In this document: positions 9,587 through 19,368 of the stretch, piece by piece
Position numbering within the stretch: the first letter of the stretch is position 1
Layout of the letters: every line of letters starts with the position of its first letter
Assembly (NCBI GenBank): GCA_024654065.1
Contig: JANLIQ010000056.1
Coordinates: 1-57,267, forward strand
From: Candidatus Berkelbacteria bacterium
Lineage (GTDB): Bacteria; Patescibacteriota; UBA1384; 2-12-FULL-50-11
Direction: 5' to 3'
Length of the DNA stretch: 57,267 nucleotides
Position numbers and translations under genes: made by a program
Notes under the pieces: model-generated
Databases searched by the model: none
The model's input: only the letters and a program-made list of their open reading frames with translations
Told to the model about the DNA's origin: nothing

Positions 9587-11827
9587 ATGGGTATTAAAGC
9601 TCGTTTAGTCACCTTAGCTAGCGTATTAACGATCCTTTTAACATTCACATCACTGTTTGTGACTATGGGTAGTCTTAAAACTCCCGGCAGTGCGGTGTTT
9701 AATGCCGGTTCAGAAGATCAGATGGAGTCGGTTAGTGTATTTGTTCACTTTAATACAGAAGGCCTGAGCGATGAATATAAAAACAGTTGGGGCCAGAAAT
9801 ACGGACTTGCCTATTACCAGCAGATTGTTCCTGCCCCAGGCGAGGTGAATCAGTTCCGCTTGTACTGGAATCTTTTAAAAGCTGGTGATGTACTTGAATG
9901 GATTAAAAGAGATCCCGAAGTTACTTGGGCCGAATTTCAAGGGATCGCCGAACCCTTATTCACCCCAAACGATACACAATTCAGTAGTTCGTGGCATTTA
10001 AATAGTGCTCGACTAGGCGCCCAAGAGGCCTGGGATATTTCATCCGGAAAGAACGTCATAATTGCGATCTTAGATACCGGAGTCGACTGTACTCACCTGG
10101 ATTTATCCTGTGTTCCTGGCTGGAATATGTTTGATAACAATTCGAACACCAACGATGTGCTTGGCCACGGCACGAATGTCGCCGGAGTAGTGGCAGAAAT
10201 TGGTAATAATTCGGCCTACACCACTGGGGTAGCCGGGGAAGCTAAGATAATGCCCATCAGGATAAGTGATACAAGCGGTGTGACCTCCTTTTCGATAGTA
10301 GCGGCTGGTTTGCGATGGGCATCTGAACAGGGTGTCAGAGTAGCAAATAATAGCTATAAATCTAGTAAAAGCTACTCCGTCCAGTACGCAGCACAAAACT
10401 TTGCTAGTTTAGGTGGTGTTCTTACGATTGCGGCTGGTAACGACAACATTCTCGAAACTGGTCCTGGAGCCCAATATGCCTTAACCATCGGGGCGACTAA
10501 TCCAGACGGCACTAGGTGGGGGAGTTCTACTAGGGGTGTTAATTATCTAAGTTATACCGCTCCTGGTTCAGGCATCCAAACGACCCAGAGGGGCGGTGGC
10601 CTAGCTATTCGAACAGGAACCTCTTTTTCTGCTCCGGTTGCGGCTGGTTTAGTAGCTTTAATGAAGGCCTCAAAACCCAGTCTCTCCTTTGCCGAAACCA
10701 AAGAAATTATCGGGCTGACGGCGACAGATCTCGGCGCACCTGGACCGGATGATTTGTTTGGTGGCGGTGAAGTAAACTTCGCTCGAGCCCTGCAAGAAGT
10801 CCGTAATAGAGGCGGAAGCATCAACACCTACGTTCCACCGCCTCAATGCTCCGACGGCATCGACAACGACGCTGATGGATTGATCGATTATCCGATTGAT
10901 GCTGGTTGTTCGAGTACATCTGATAACGATGAAACTAATACAGCACCGCCACCACCACCCGCTCAATGTTCCGACAGTCTTGATAACGATTCTGACGGAC
11001 TGATTGATTTCCCAAATGATCCAGGCTGTTCAAGCGCCTCTGATAATGACGAGACAAACGCCGCGTCACCGCCGCCACCGCCACCTCCACCTCCGCCGCC
11101 ACCTCCACCGCCACCGCCTCAATGTTCCGACGGTATCGACAACGACGCTGACGGATTGATCGATCACCCTAAAGACCCGGGTTGCTCCAGTACCTCTGAT
11201 AATGACGAGACAAACGCTGCTACTACTTCGCCAACACCACCAACTAATCCCCCACCGACGTCTCCTTCAACACCTTCGGAAACCGAAGCTGGAATCGCAA
11301 TTCCAACACCAGCCGCAGGAGAGGAGTATAAAGCGCCGACAACGAAACCATCGTCGCCTAAAATAACCTCTACCAATACAAAATCAGATAAGAAGACCGA
11401 AGTTGCGCAGTCGGACCAAGTCGAGGTAAAGAGCGCTCAAAGCGTAGAAACAACGTTAAACGAACCCGAAAACCCTCAGTACTTCGGGCGGGTATCAATT
11501 TCAGGCAAAACTCTGCCAAACATCGAGGTGGAGTTATTGGTAATGCCTGCCAGTAAAAAATTTTCAGAAACCTCTAACGCAGACGGTGAGTTTGAGTTTA
11601 AGCTAAAAGAGCAGCTCGAAATTGGGTCGTATACCGCTGCCGCGAGAGTCATTTCTTCTCAAAACGATATGCCCTACAGCAATTCTGTCGCTATCGAAGT
11701 AGTCGAGAAAAAGATGAATTCCATCACCGTCGAGGTGGCGGTGGCAATCTCACTGCTTCTTGGCGGTGGGCTACTGCTCGCTTACCGAACCATATTACCC
11801 CGACTGCTGAAGAGTAAGGATATCTAG
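9587..11827 (+). CDS. Secreted, C-terminally membrane-anchored subtilisin-like (S8) serine protease with three Cys/Asp-rich repeats
   Basis: Catalytic triad contexts are AILDTGVD, HGTNVAG and GTSFSAP. It has a signal/TM at the N-terminus, three QCSDxxDNDxDGLIDxPxDxGCSSxSDNDETN modules, a P17 run, a Big-like domain and a terminal TM helix. The start is either 9539 or, preferred, the Met at 9587. Confidence 0.85.
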   Translation: MGIKARLVTLASVLTILLTFTSLFVTMGSLKTPGSAVFNAGSEDQMESVSVFVHFNTEGLSDEYKNSWGQKYGLAYYQQIVPAPGEVNQFRLYWNLLKAGDVLEWIKRDPEVTWAEFQGIAEPLFTPNDTQFSSSWHLNSARLGAQEAWDISSGKNVIIAILDTGVDCTHLDLSCVPGWNMFDNNSNTNDVLGHGTNVAGVVAEIGNNSAYTTGVAGEAKIMPIRISDTSGVTSFSIVAAGLRWASEQGVRVANNSYKSSKSYSVQYAAQNFASLGGVLTIAAGNDNILETGPGAQYALTIGATNPDGTRWGSSTRGVNYLSYTAPGSGIQTTQRGGGLAIRTGTSFSAPVAAGLVALMKASKPSLSFAETKEIIGLTATDLGAPGPDDLFGGGEVNFARALQEVRNRGGSINTYVPPPQCSDGIDNDADGLIDYPIDAGCSSTSDNDETNTAPPPPPAQCSDSLDNDSDGLIDFPNDPGCSSASDNDETNAASPPPPPPPPPPPPPPPPPQCSDGIDNDADGLIDHPKDPGCSSTSDNDETNAATTSPTPPTNPPPTSPSTPSETEAGIAIPTPAAGEEYKAPTTKPSSPKITSTNTKSDKKTEVAQSDQVEVKSAQSVETTLNEPENPQYFGRVSISGKTLPNIEVELLVMPASKKFSETSNADGEFEFKLKEQLEIGSYTAAARVISSQNDMPYSNSVAIEVVEKKMNSITVEVAVAISLLLGGGLLLAYRTILPRLLKSKDI
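10844..11215 (+). repeat. Three approximately 96-nt coding repeats (starts 10844, 10964, 11120) separated by Pro-rich linkers, including a 17-codon CCN run (11069-11119)
   Basis: The repeats are seen directly at DNA level (caatgytccgacrg...gataaygaygaracwaay, three copies) and in the protein. The proline run is a CCG/CCA/CCT microsatellite-like tract. Confidence 0.85.
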
Positions 11828-11864
11828 CACCGCCTGGAAATACCTTGCGTTAAATTTTCTCTTG

Positions 11865-11937
11865 CGCGCCCGGCAGGGGTCGAACCTGCGACTTTGTGCT
11901 TCGAAGGCACACGCTCTGTCCACTGAGCTACGGGCGC
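11865..11937 (-). tRNA. tRNA-Arg (anticodon TCG)
   Basis: Hand-folded cloverleaf: GCGCCCG/CGGGCGC acceptor, GCTC..GAGC D-arm, anticodon arm TGTGC-CTTCGAA-GCACA, T-arm GCAGG-TTCGACC-CCTGC. No encoded CCA. Confidence 0.9.
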
Positions 11938-11976
11938 ATTTATCTAACGTATTTTCCCAGAAAACAGTCTAAAAAT

Positions 11977-12951
11977 CTACCGTCTGATGGTTTTTGGAAC
12001 GATCTTTGGATAGTCGGAGAGCATCGAGTGCATTTCAGCTTTCGTCAGTAGGCCCGTTTCTGGACCAATCTTTGTAACAACTCCCGCAGCGTTTGCCATC
12101 CCCCAACGCATCGCTTCATCGATCGTTTCACCATGAAGCAGAGCTGCAGTAAAGCCAGCGCCATAGGCATCGCCACACCCAGTTCGCTGGACAACATTGG
12201 AAGGAATAATCTCGAGAAATAATAATTCATGTCCATCAAAACAGTACGCACCATTTGGGCCATCAGTAATTACTACGATCTTAACGCCGTAATCGTAGAG
12301 CGCTTCGGCTAATTTTGCGAATGATGCCGAGGCTGGTAGCTCAGTAAGATGCATCGCCTCTTCTTTATTAACAAACAAAATTTCTGTAATCGCAAAATAC
12401 TTTTTTAGAACCGTAACGCCGTCCTTAAGCTGAAATGAACCGGGATTAAAACTCAGTTTTGCTCCAGTCTTCTTGATAAACGCCGATACCTTCTCGTAAG
12501 CAGACTTGTAATCCTTGCCCATACTGGTCAAGTAAACCCAATCAACTGGTTCAAAGTTGGGTAGCTTATACTCACGAGGTTCGTGGTAAACAATCAGACT
12601 CCTCTCGTTCTGAAAGACAATCGCTGTTGAGTAGCTTGTCATCCCACTGAAATGCTGGATATAGCGCTGGTCGACACCTTCTTTTTCTAAGGCGTCTAGA
12701 ATTCTTTTACCGTTATCGTCATCCCCCACCACGCTATAAAGCTGACTCTCTAAGCCAAGACGAGCAAAAGATACGGATGTATTTGCCGCATTACCACCAA
12801 CAGTAAAAACTAACTTTTCCGCTAAAATCTTATCGGCATAGTGGATACAGAGCATGCATTTGGCGTGATGAAGCTCACACCTAACCTCGGCATCCTTCAA
12901 GAAAACAAAACAGTCTAGCGTCGCTTCACCAATCGATAGTACTTTTTTCAC
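11977..12951 (-). CDS. PfkB-family carbohydrate/ribokinase-like kinase
   Basis: Has an N-terminal GGNAANTSV motif and the C-terminal signature TGCGDAYGAGFTAAL (PfkB motif 2). Confidence 0.85.
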   Translation of the reverse strand: MKKVLSIGEATLDCFVFLKDAEVRCELHHAKCMLCIHYADKILAEKLVFTVGGNAANTSVSFARLGLESQLYSVVGDDDNGKRILDALEKEGVDQRYIQHFSGMTSYSTAIVFQNERSLIVYHEPREYKLPNFEPVDWVYLTSMGKDYKSAYEKVSAFIKKTGAKLSFNPGSFQLKDGVTVLKKYFAITEILFVNKEEAMHLTELPASASFAKLAEALYDYGVKIVVITDGPNGAYCFDGHELLFLEIIPSNVVQRTGCGDAYGAGFTAALLHGETIDEAMRWGMANAAGVVTKIGPETGLLTKAEMHSMLSDYPKIVPKTIRR

Positions 12952-13041
12952 TTACTTATCATAACAAACTTTTAAGGCCGACAGAGTGCGCACTGTCGGC
13001 CTTGAATTCGGGATTAGAGCGGGGGCCCTTTTTCCGGAAAC

Positions 13042-13563
13042 CTACACTTCCCCAGGAGCGGAAGTTTCCAGATACTTTTTGACCTTCCCAGGTAGCCAAA
13101 GTGTCGCGATAATAGTAGCCCTCTCCTTGCCTTCGCAACTTTGCCAAGCGACAATGTCGCCATCCTCCCTGCCGCTCAACGCCTGAAACATCGGACTGAG
13201 AGGAGTGACGATTAGCAGATCCTCAGAACCTGAGGCTACTTCAAACTTGGAGAGCAGGACGGCCTGTTCGGCCCCCTCCTCTGACGTTTGATCGAGGGGC
13301 GTCCACATCTTGACGAGTGCGCAGTCCCCAAGAATGAGTCCTGGCCCACCAGCTGGTCGTTCTTCGGGCAGACTCTTGAGCCAGCCGGAGAACTGAAATG
13401 ATGACTCGATGAGCCATTTCTCGACGCGTGCCAGCAAGCCGTTCGCCTGGAGTGTTTGTGCGATCGCTCCGCGATCACACTCACCGAAATCCAGTCCGTC
13501 CTTGAGTTTAGTCGGGTTGACAGCTATGCCGTCAAACAGTGAAGAGCGAGCCTTAACGCTCAT
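13042..13563 (-). CDS. Hypothetical protein with a GreA/GreB C-terminal-domain-like (Rnk-like) segment
   Basis: 173-aa GC-rich ORF. The segment LLIVTPLSPMFQALSGREDGDIVAWQSCEGKERATIIAT resembles the Gre-factor C-terminal motif (SP.g.AL.G...GD.V). The functional call is weak. Confidence 0.35.
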   Translation of the reverse strand: MSVKARSSLFDGIAVNPTKLKDGLDFGECDRGAIAQTLQANGLLARVEKWLIESSFQFSGWLKSLPEERPAGGPGLILGDCALVKMWTPLDQTSEEGAEQAVLLSKFEVASGSEDLLIVTPLSPMFQALSGREDGDIVAWQSCEGKERATIIATLWLPGKVKKYLETSAPGEV

Positions 13564-13699
13564 GTTATCCTCCGTGTTAATCCCTCCAGCATTTCTAGAG
13601 AGAACCGATCACAAACAACCGGTTTTTCTCTTATACCATAATTTGTCCAAGTTTCCCAGCTTAATTTTTCGTTTCTCATCTGTTAGAATATACGAGTAT

Positions 13700-13772
13700 G
13701 GTGCTAGTAGCTCAGTGGTAGAGCAATCGGTTGTGGTCCGATTGGTCGCAGGTTCGATCCCTGTCTAGCACC
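13700..13772 (+). tRNA. tRNA-His (anticodon GTG) with genomically encoded G-1
   Basis: G-1 followed by GTGCTAG/CTAGCAC acceptor stem and C73. Anticodon arm ATCGG-TTGTGGT-CCGAT, T-arm GCAGG-TTCGATC-CCTGT. Confidence 0.9.
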
Positions 13773-13814
13773 CTTTGAACCTGTACAAGCATATGCTATT
13801 ACTAGAAATACTGA

Positions 13815-14237
13815 TTGATAACATTTAGTGATAAGATCGTTAATGTAATGAAACCTAAAACTCATTCCCGTTTCGTCCGCTCTATCTATTTCTGGGTTGG
13901 TATCGTTGCAACACTGGCGTATCGAATCGTGATCGTCCTTAACCACATTAGCCCAACTTGGGTGCTAGCTTCCTGGTATATTGGCACGCTTGGCTTTATT
14001 ATCTACTTTGCCCATCGCTACCAAATATCGGAATTGCGGGCGAAATTAATTAAGAGAAATTCGCTGTCAGAAAAGATTAGTCGCGGCGACCAGCTATCGG
14101 CCGAAGACAAAGAAGCAATCGAATATATATTCAAAACCCTACAGTCATCGCGCGAGAAGTGGAACTATATTTTTATTTTCGTGTCGTCAGTTTTAGCGCT
14201 GATGGCTGGTATTTACCTAGATTTTATCGCCAAGTAG
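13815..14237 (+). CDS. Membrane protein (hypothetical, 3 TM)
   Basis: 140-aa ORF with three hydrophobic helices. An alternative ATG start is at 13848. Confidence 0.45.
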   Translation: MITFSDKIVNVMKPKTHSRFVRSIYFWVGIVATLAYRIVIVLNHISPTWVLASWYIGTLGFIIYFAHRYQISELRAKLIKRNSLSEKISRGDQLSAEDKEAIEYIFKTLQSSREKWNYIFIFVSSVLALMAGIYLDFIAK

Positions 14238-14249
14238 CGAGAGCAGATT

Positions 14250-16067
14250 TTACTTCTTGGCTTTGGCGCGTAGCGATGAATTAAGAATTCTTTTACGTAG
14301 TCGTAAGGATTTCGGCGTAGCTTCTAGTAGCTCGTCATCCTCAAGAAAGTCAATTGACTGTTCGAGACTTAGAATATTCGGTGGGGTAAGAGTAATAGCG
14401 TCATCACTCCCTGCTGCTCGAACGTTTGTTTGTTTCTTTTCTTTTGTAACATTAACTTCCAGATCGTTCTCCCGAGCGTGAAGACCAACGATCATGCCCT
14501 CATAAACTGGTGTTTGCGGATTAATAAAAGTAATTCCCCGCTGTTGGGCGTTGTTGAGACCATAAGAAACAGCCTTTCCAGACTCTGAAGCGATTAGTAC
14601 CCCATTACGCATCTTAGGAATTGCGCCACTAACTGGTTCAAACCGCAAAAATAGGGAGTTCATAGTTGCCGTACCACGAGATAGCGTTAGTAAAAGGTTA
14701 CGCAAACCCAGTAAACCTCGAGTAGGTATCTCAAACACCAATCTGGTTGTCCCGTCATCATTTTCGGTTTGTGAAAGTATAAGACCCTTTCGTTTCCCAA
14801 TCTCACCTGTTATGGGGCTTGAGTAATCGCTCTTAACGTCAACTGTTAGCTCTTCAACTGGTTCCTGCAATACTCCATCAATCATTTTCGTCACCACCTG
14901 TGGCTTACTAACCTGCATCTCAAAGCCTTCTCGACGAAGTGCTTCGATCAACACTGAAAGATGCAGCTCACCGCGACCCCAAAGAATATATTCGCCTGTT
15001 TCTCCAGGAGTCATTTTTAGAGAAACATTAACTTCTAGCTCTTTAATAATACGTTCGTAAATTTTTTGGCTAGTCAATTGCGTTCCCTCCTGTCCAACAA
15101 ATGGTGAAGTGTTGGCTGAAACAGCCATTTTTAACGTTGGTTCGGCGATTTGGAGTGTAGGCAAAGCCTCGGGAGTAATGGCATCGGCAATAGTGTCACC
15201 AATCCGACAATTTCTCAATCCAGTAATGGCAACTATGTCGCCTGATCGGGCCTCTTCAGATTGTAAGCGTTTTAGTCCGTGAGTGCTGTAGACTCTATCA
15301 ATCTTAGAGGTCTCTCTCCACCCATCTGGTGTACCGATTGCTACTGCTAGGCCAAGCTTAGCAGTACCGCGGGTAATTTTACCAATAGCATACTTACCCT
15401 GAAAATTGTCCCAATCAAGTGCTGTCACCAGCATTTGGAACGGTTCATTGTGAGCGGCAACTGGCGAGGGGATATGTTTTAATATCGCGTCAAAGATTGG
15501 CGTTAGATCCGTATCTGCGCTTAGCTGCTCGGTTGTTGGAGCGCTGTCCCAGGCCTTACCGTCCCGACCAACAGCATAGTAAACCGGAAACTCTAGTTGA
15601 GCAGCATCAGTTGCTAAATCCAAAAATAAATCAGCCGTATCACGCAAAACTTTATCTATTTGGGCGTCAGATTTATCTACTTTGTTAATAACTACAATTG
15701 GCCGAAGACCGAGCTCTAATGCCTTTTTTAAAACAAACTTAGTCTGTGGCATCGGACCTTCTTTAGCGTCGATAATCAACAGCGCTCCATCAGTCATCTG
15801 CAGTGTTCGTTCAACTTCGCCGCCAAAATCAGCGTGCCCTGGCGTGTCAACAATGTTTATTTTTACACCCTTGTATGTCACGGCAGTGTTTTTGGCCAAA
15901 ATTGTAATGCCTCGTTCTCGCTCCTGGTCGTTGGAATCCATAATCAAGGTCTGGCTCATCGCCGCTTCATTCTCACGAAAAGTGTGAGATTGCTTTAAAA
16001 GCCCATCTACAAGAGTGGTTTTTCCGTGATCAACGTGAGCAATGACGGCGATATTACGAATTGGCAT
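14250..16067 (-). CDS. typA: Translational GTPase TypA/BipA
   Basis: 605 aa starting [19 protein letters not shown], with [12 protein letters not shown] and NKVD motifs, EF-G-like domains and the TypA-specific C-terminal domain. Confidence 0.95.
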   Translation of the reverse strand: MPIRNIAVIAHVDHGKTTLVDGLLKQSHTFRENEAAMSQTLIMDSNDQERERGITILAKNTAVTYKGVKINIVDTPGHADFGGEVERTLQMTDGALLIIDAKEGPMPQTKFVLKKALELGLRPIVVINKVDKSDAQIDKVLRDTADLFLDLATDAAQLEFPVYYAVGRDGKAWDSAPTTEQLSADTDLTPIFDAILKHIPSPVAAHNEPFQMLVTALDWDNFQGKYAIGKITRGTAKLGLAVAIGTPDGWRETSKIDRVYSTHGLKRLQSEEARSGDIVAITGLRNCRIGDTIADAITPEALPTLQIAEPTLKMAVSANTSPFVGQEGTQLTSQKIYERIIKELEVNVSLKMTPGETGEYILWGRGELHLSVLIEALRREGFEMQVSKPQVVTKMIDGVLQEPVEELTVDVKSDYSSPITGEIGKRKGLILSQTENDDGTTRLVFEIPTRGLLGLRNLLLTLSRGTATMNSLFLRFEPVSGAIPKMRNGVLIASESGKAVSYGLNNAQQRGITFINPQTPVYEGMIVGLHARENDLEVNVTKEKKQTNVRAAGSDDAITLTPPNILSLEQSIDFLEDDELLEATPKSLRLRKRILNSSLRAKAKK

Positions 16068-16069
16068 TT

Positions 16070-17263
16070 TTATTGAACGAACGTCAGGGCTTTACCTTTT
16101 TGATCGGCTCGTCCTGTTCGACCAATACGGTGGATGTAATCTCCGTAGCTTTGAGGAAGATCAAAATTAATAACATGGGTGACGTTAGGGATATCTAGTC
16201 CTCGAGCGGCAACATCCGTTGCTACAAGAATTTGAGTTTTGTTGTCTTTAAACTCGTTTAAGGATCTTTGGCGTTGAGATTGGCTCTTGTTACCGTGAAT
16301 GGAAGAAGCGCTAAAACCACGCTCTATTAGGGCGTCACATAGACGCTCTACACCGTGTTTGGTTTTACCAAATATTAGTACTTTCTTGCACTCATCTGTT
16401 CCTAACAATTCATGGAGAAGAGTCATTTTATGAAAGTTGTCTGTGAAGTGAATTACGTCCTGATCAACATTAACGGAGGTCTCACGCTTTTTGACGCTAA
16501 TGGTTTGCGGAGACTGCAGGAAGGAGTGAACCATGTTTTTGACTTCCGGAGCCATAGTGGCCGAGAAAAAAAGAGTTTGACGATTAACTGGTAATTTCCC
16601 AACCAACATTCGAATATCTTTGATGAATCCCATATCAACTAAACGATCAGCTTCGTCAATTACCAGATTTTGAACATCACTTAAGTGAAGTGTTCGACGC
16701 TCAAAGTGATCCTTAAGGCGGCCTGGAGTACCGATTATAAATTGTGGGCGACGTTGAAGTGATCGGTCTTGATGCCCGTAGCCGTTTCCGCCGATACAAA
16801 CTGCTGAGTAGATTGGTAGTCCGTATGCAAACTCTTTTAATTCTTCATCGATTTGCACCGCTAGCTCGCGTGTAGGAACAATTATCAGGGCTTTTTGACT
16901 CCGATCAGAAAGCATTTTATGAATTAATGGCAGTAAAAATACTGCAGTTTTACCGGTGCCGGTATCTGCTAAGCCAATAACATCACTTCCAGCCATAACA
17001 ACTGGAATTGCCCGGTCCTGAATTGGTGTTGGTGTTACGTAACCATGACGAATAACACGGTCAACGACCTGGTTATTTAAACCGAAATCGTCAAAAGAGT
17101 GTGTTGGGGCGTACGGCAATTCAACCGGCAAGTCAGCCGATTTATTTATAAACAGCGACTGATTGACGCCGTTTGAGCCTGAGCTTGTACTGCGACGGCC
17201 AAAGCGTTGCTGGCGACTTCTCCCCAACGAGGGACGCTTCGAAGTTCTTGTATTGTTGTACAT
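16070..17263 (-). CDS. DEAD-box ATP-dependent RNA helicase
   Basis: Has the Q-motif (FDDFGL...TPIQ), motif I ADTGTGKT, PTRELA, DEAD (VIDEAD), SAT and HRIGRTGRA. Confidence 0.9.
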   Translation of the reverse strand: MYNNTRTSKRPSLGRSRQQRFGRRSTSSGSNGVNQSLFINKSADLPVELPYAPTHSFDDFGLNNQVVDRVIRHGYVTPTPIQDRAIPVVMAGSDVIGLADTGTGKTAVFLLPLIHKMLSDRSQKALIIVPTRELAVQIDEELKEFAYGLPIYSAVCIGGNGYGHQDRSLQRRPQFIIGTPGRLKDHFERRTLHLSDVQNLVIDEADRLVDMGFIKDIRMLVGKLPVNRQTLFFSATMAPEVKNMVHSFLQSPQTISVKKRETSVNVDQDVIHFTDNFHKMTLLHELLGTDECKKVLIFGKTKHGVERLCDALIERGFSASSIHGNKSQSQRQRSLNEFKDNKTQILVATDVAARGLDIPNVTHVINFDLPQSYGDYIHRIGRTGRADQKGKALTFVQ

Positions 17264-17504
17264 TTTCTAAAAACAGCCTTTCTACTGTTTGGTTCGACCA
17301 AGTTTGGTCGGTGGCTCCCAGACAGTAAGGCCACTTGTTTTTAGCAACAGGGCAACAATCCGAAAGCAAATATTATTTTGCTTGACGCACTTCTGTGACA
17401 CAGAGTATACGTAAAGTCCTGATATCATAGCAGTAGTTTGGATAAATGTCCAGCTCAAGAGGGTCCAATCGGCAAAGGGAGGTAGTTTCTGGTAACCTGA
17501 AGCT

Positions 17505-18752
17505 ATGGGGAGAGTAGCTGGGAAACATAGAGTAGTTATTGTGGGTGGTGGTTTCGGAGGTATTCGTGCTTCACAAGAGTTAGCCAAATATAGTGACGAA
17601 TTTGACATTACCTTAGTTTCAGATAAATCTCACTTTGAGTACCACGCCGCATTGTACCGGGTTGTTACAGGACGCTCACCGTTAGAAGTCTGCATACCTT
17701 TATCTACGATTTTCGAAAGTTCACCAGTAAATGTTGTTGAAGATACTATCCAGACTGTTTATCCAAAAACTAAACAGATACTTGGAAAGGATGGCTCCAA
17801 ATATTCATACGACTCGCTCATTCTCGCTCTTGGAAGTGAGAATGCCTATCTCAATGTTCCTGGGCTCAAAGAGCATTCATTCACCTTAAGATCCATCAAC
17901 GACGCCTTGCGACTAAAGGAACATATTCATGAGATTTTTATCAATGCGGCCATCAGCCTAAAGAACGGTACTCGCCAACCGATCCACATAGTCTTGGTTG
18001 GAGGCGGACCAACTGGGGTGGAGCTGTCCGGTGAGTTAGCAATTTACGCTCGTCATATGGCAAGACGCCACCGCCTTGACCCTAATACAATTATCATTGA
18101 TCTTTTTGAATCTGGTGAGCGATTACTAGGAACGCTAGATAAGAAAATTTCTGAGATAGCTTTTGAGCGCCTTCATTACTTGGGTGTAAATATTTTTCTT
18201 AATACCCCAATCCTTGAAAACCGAATTGAGGCTGCATATCTCGCTGACATGAAACTAAAAACTAAGACTTTAATTTGGACGGCTGGGGTAACGACAAACC
18301 CTCTTTACGCAAGAATAAAGGGTTTAAGCTTCAACGCTACAAACAAGGTCCTTGTTGACCTTTCTATGCAAGCTAAGGGTTTCCATGATCTTTACGTTAT
18401 AGGAGACGCTGCGGCAAGTATGTATAGCGGTATGGCTCAATCAGCCCTCTACGATGGTGAGTTCGTAGCCGAATGCTTAAGAAGAAAGTTGCATGGCCGA
18501 CCGATAGCTACCTACAACCCTCATAAACCTATTTTTGCTATTCCAGTTGGACTCGGTTGGGCAATCGTAGTCACAAAAATAGGTGTGTTTCGTGGAAAAT
18601 TGGGTTGGATACTACGTCGTGCGGCTGACTTTAGATTCTTTAGCTCGATTCTTCCCTTACAAAAGGCTTTGATAGCGTTTTCTGACGGATATCAGCTAAG
18701 CGAGACTTGCCCTATTTGTTCAAAACCAAATCGTTTGCACAGTAAGGTGTAA
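17505..18752 (+). CDS. Type II NADH dehydrogenase-like FAD-dependent pyridine nucleotide-disulfide oxidoreductase
   Basis: Two dinucleotide-binding motifs (VVIVGGGFGG and VLVGGGPTGVE) and the GD motif VIGDAA. Confidence 0.75.
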   Translation: MGRVAGKHRVVIVGGGFGGIRASQELAKYSDEFDITLVSDKSHFEYHAALYRVVTGRSPLEVCIPLSTIFESSPVNVVEDTIQTVYPKTKQILGKDGSKYSYDSLILALGSENAYLNVPGLKEHSFTLRSINDALRLKEHIHEIFINAAISLKNGTRQPIHIVLVGGGPTGVELSGELAIYARHMARRHRLDPNTIIIDLFESGERLLGTLDKKISEIAFERLHYLGVNIFLNTPILENRIEAAYLADMKLKTKTLIWTAGVTTNPLYARIKGLSFNATNKVLVDLSMQAKGFHDLYVIGDAAASMYSGMAQSALYDGEFVAECLRRKLHGRPIATYNPHKPIFAIPVGLGWAIVVTKIGVFRGKLGWILRRAADFRFFSSILPLQKALIAFSDGYQLSETCPICSKPNRLHSKV

Positions 18753-18796
18753 TAAACTAAATTTAAAAAGTAATCTTAAGTAGTGTAGGAGGGGGA

Positions 18797-19276
18797 ATGA
18801 ATAGTAAGATTTGGGCGTTGGCTCGTATTGCATTGGGACTTGTTTTTCTTTGGGCATTTTTAGATAAAGTTTTTGGACTAGGTTTCGCTACTAAAGCTAG
18901 TATGTCGTGGTTATCTGGCGGTTCACCAACGGCAGGGTATCTAGCTCACGCGACAACTGGACCGTTGGCACCGTTCTACCAGAACCTAGCAGGATCGGGA
19001 TTTGTTGACTGGATATTTATGATTGCCCTACTGGGAATTGGTATATCTATGGTATTTGGTGTCTGTATGCATCTTGCTGGTTGGGGCGGGGCATTACTGA
19101 TGGTAGCGATGTGGTCAGCTTCTTGGCCCATAGAAAACAATCCAGTAATTGATGAGCATATTATCTATGCTTTGATGCTAATGGGCTTTGGTTCAACTAG
19201 TATTGGGGACTCCTGGAGCTTGCGGACTTGGTGGAAGAGCACTGGCTTGGTTATGCGACATCCTTTTCTAGCCTAA
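18797..19276 (+). CDS. DoxX-family membrane protein
   Basis: 4 TM helices. The N-terminal ARIALGLVFLWAFLDK pattern is typical of DoxX. It lies immediately downstream of the NDH-2-like gene. Confidence 0.55.
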   Translation: MNSKIWALARIALGLVFLWAFLDKVFGLGFATKASMSWLSGGSPTAGYLAHATTGPLAPFYQNLAGSGFVDWIFMIALLGIGISMVFGVCMHLAGWGGALLMVAMWSASWPIENNPVIDEHIIYALMLMGFGSTSIGDSWSLRTWWKSTGLVMRHPFLA

Positions 19277-19368
19277 GTCGCTAGAACGTCACCACCGGAG
19301 GGTTGACAGATCCACCATAGCTGGTAAACTGGGAAACGTCCGACTGTAAAGGAGGTTCCATACCCCCG

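Noticed and set aside
9539-9648. Apparent 110-nt overlap between the protease ORF (+) and the small membrane ORF (-).
   Set aside because: Both tracked ORFs start at the most upstream possible codon. Internal Met starts (9587 and 9510) remove the overlap and place each start directly before its hydrophobic segment or polar head.
11069-11119. CCG/CCA/CCT repeat tract as a non-coding microsatellite or CRISPR-like repeat.
   Set aside because: It is in frame inside the S8 protease gene and encodes 17 prolines. No spacer/repeat periodicity typical of CRISPR occurs here or anywhere else in the window.
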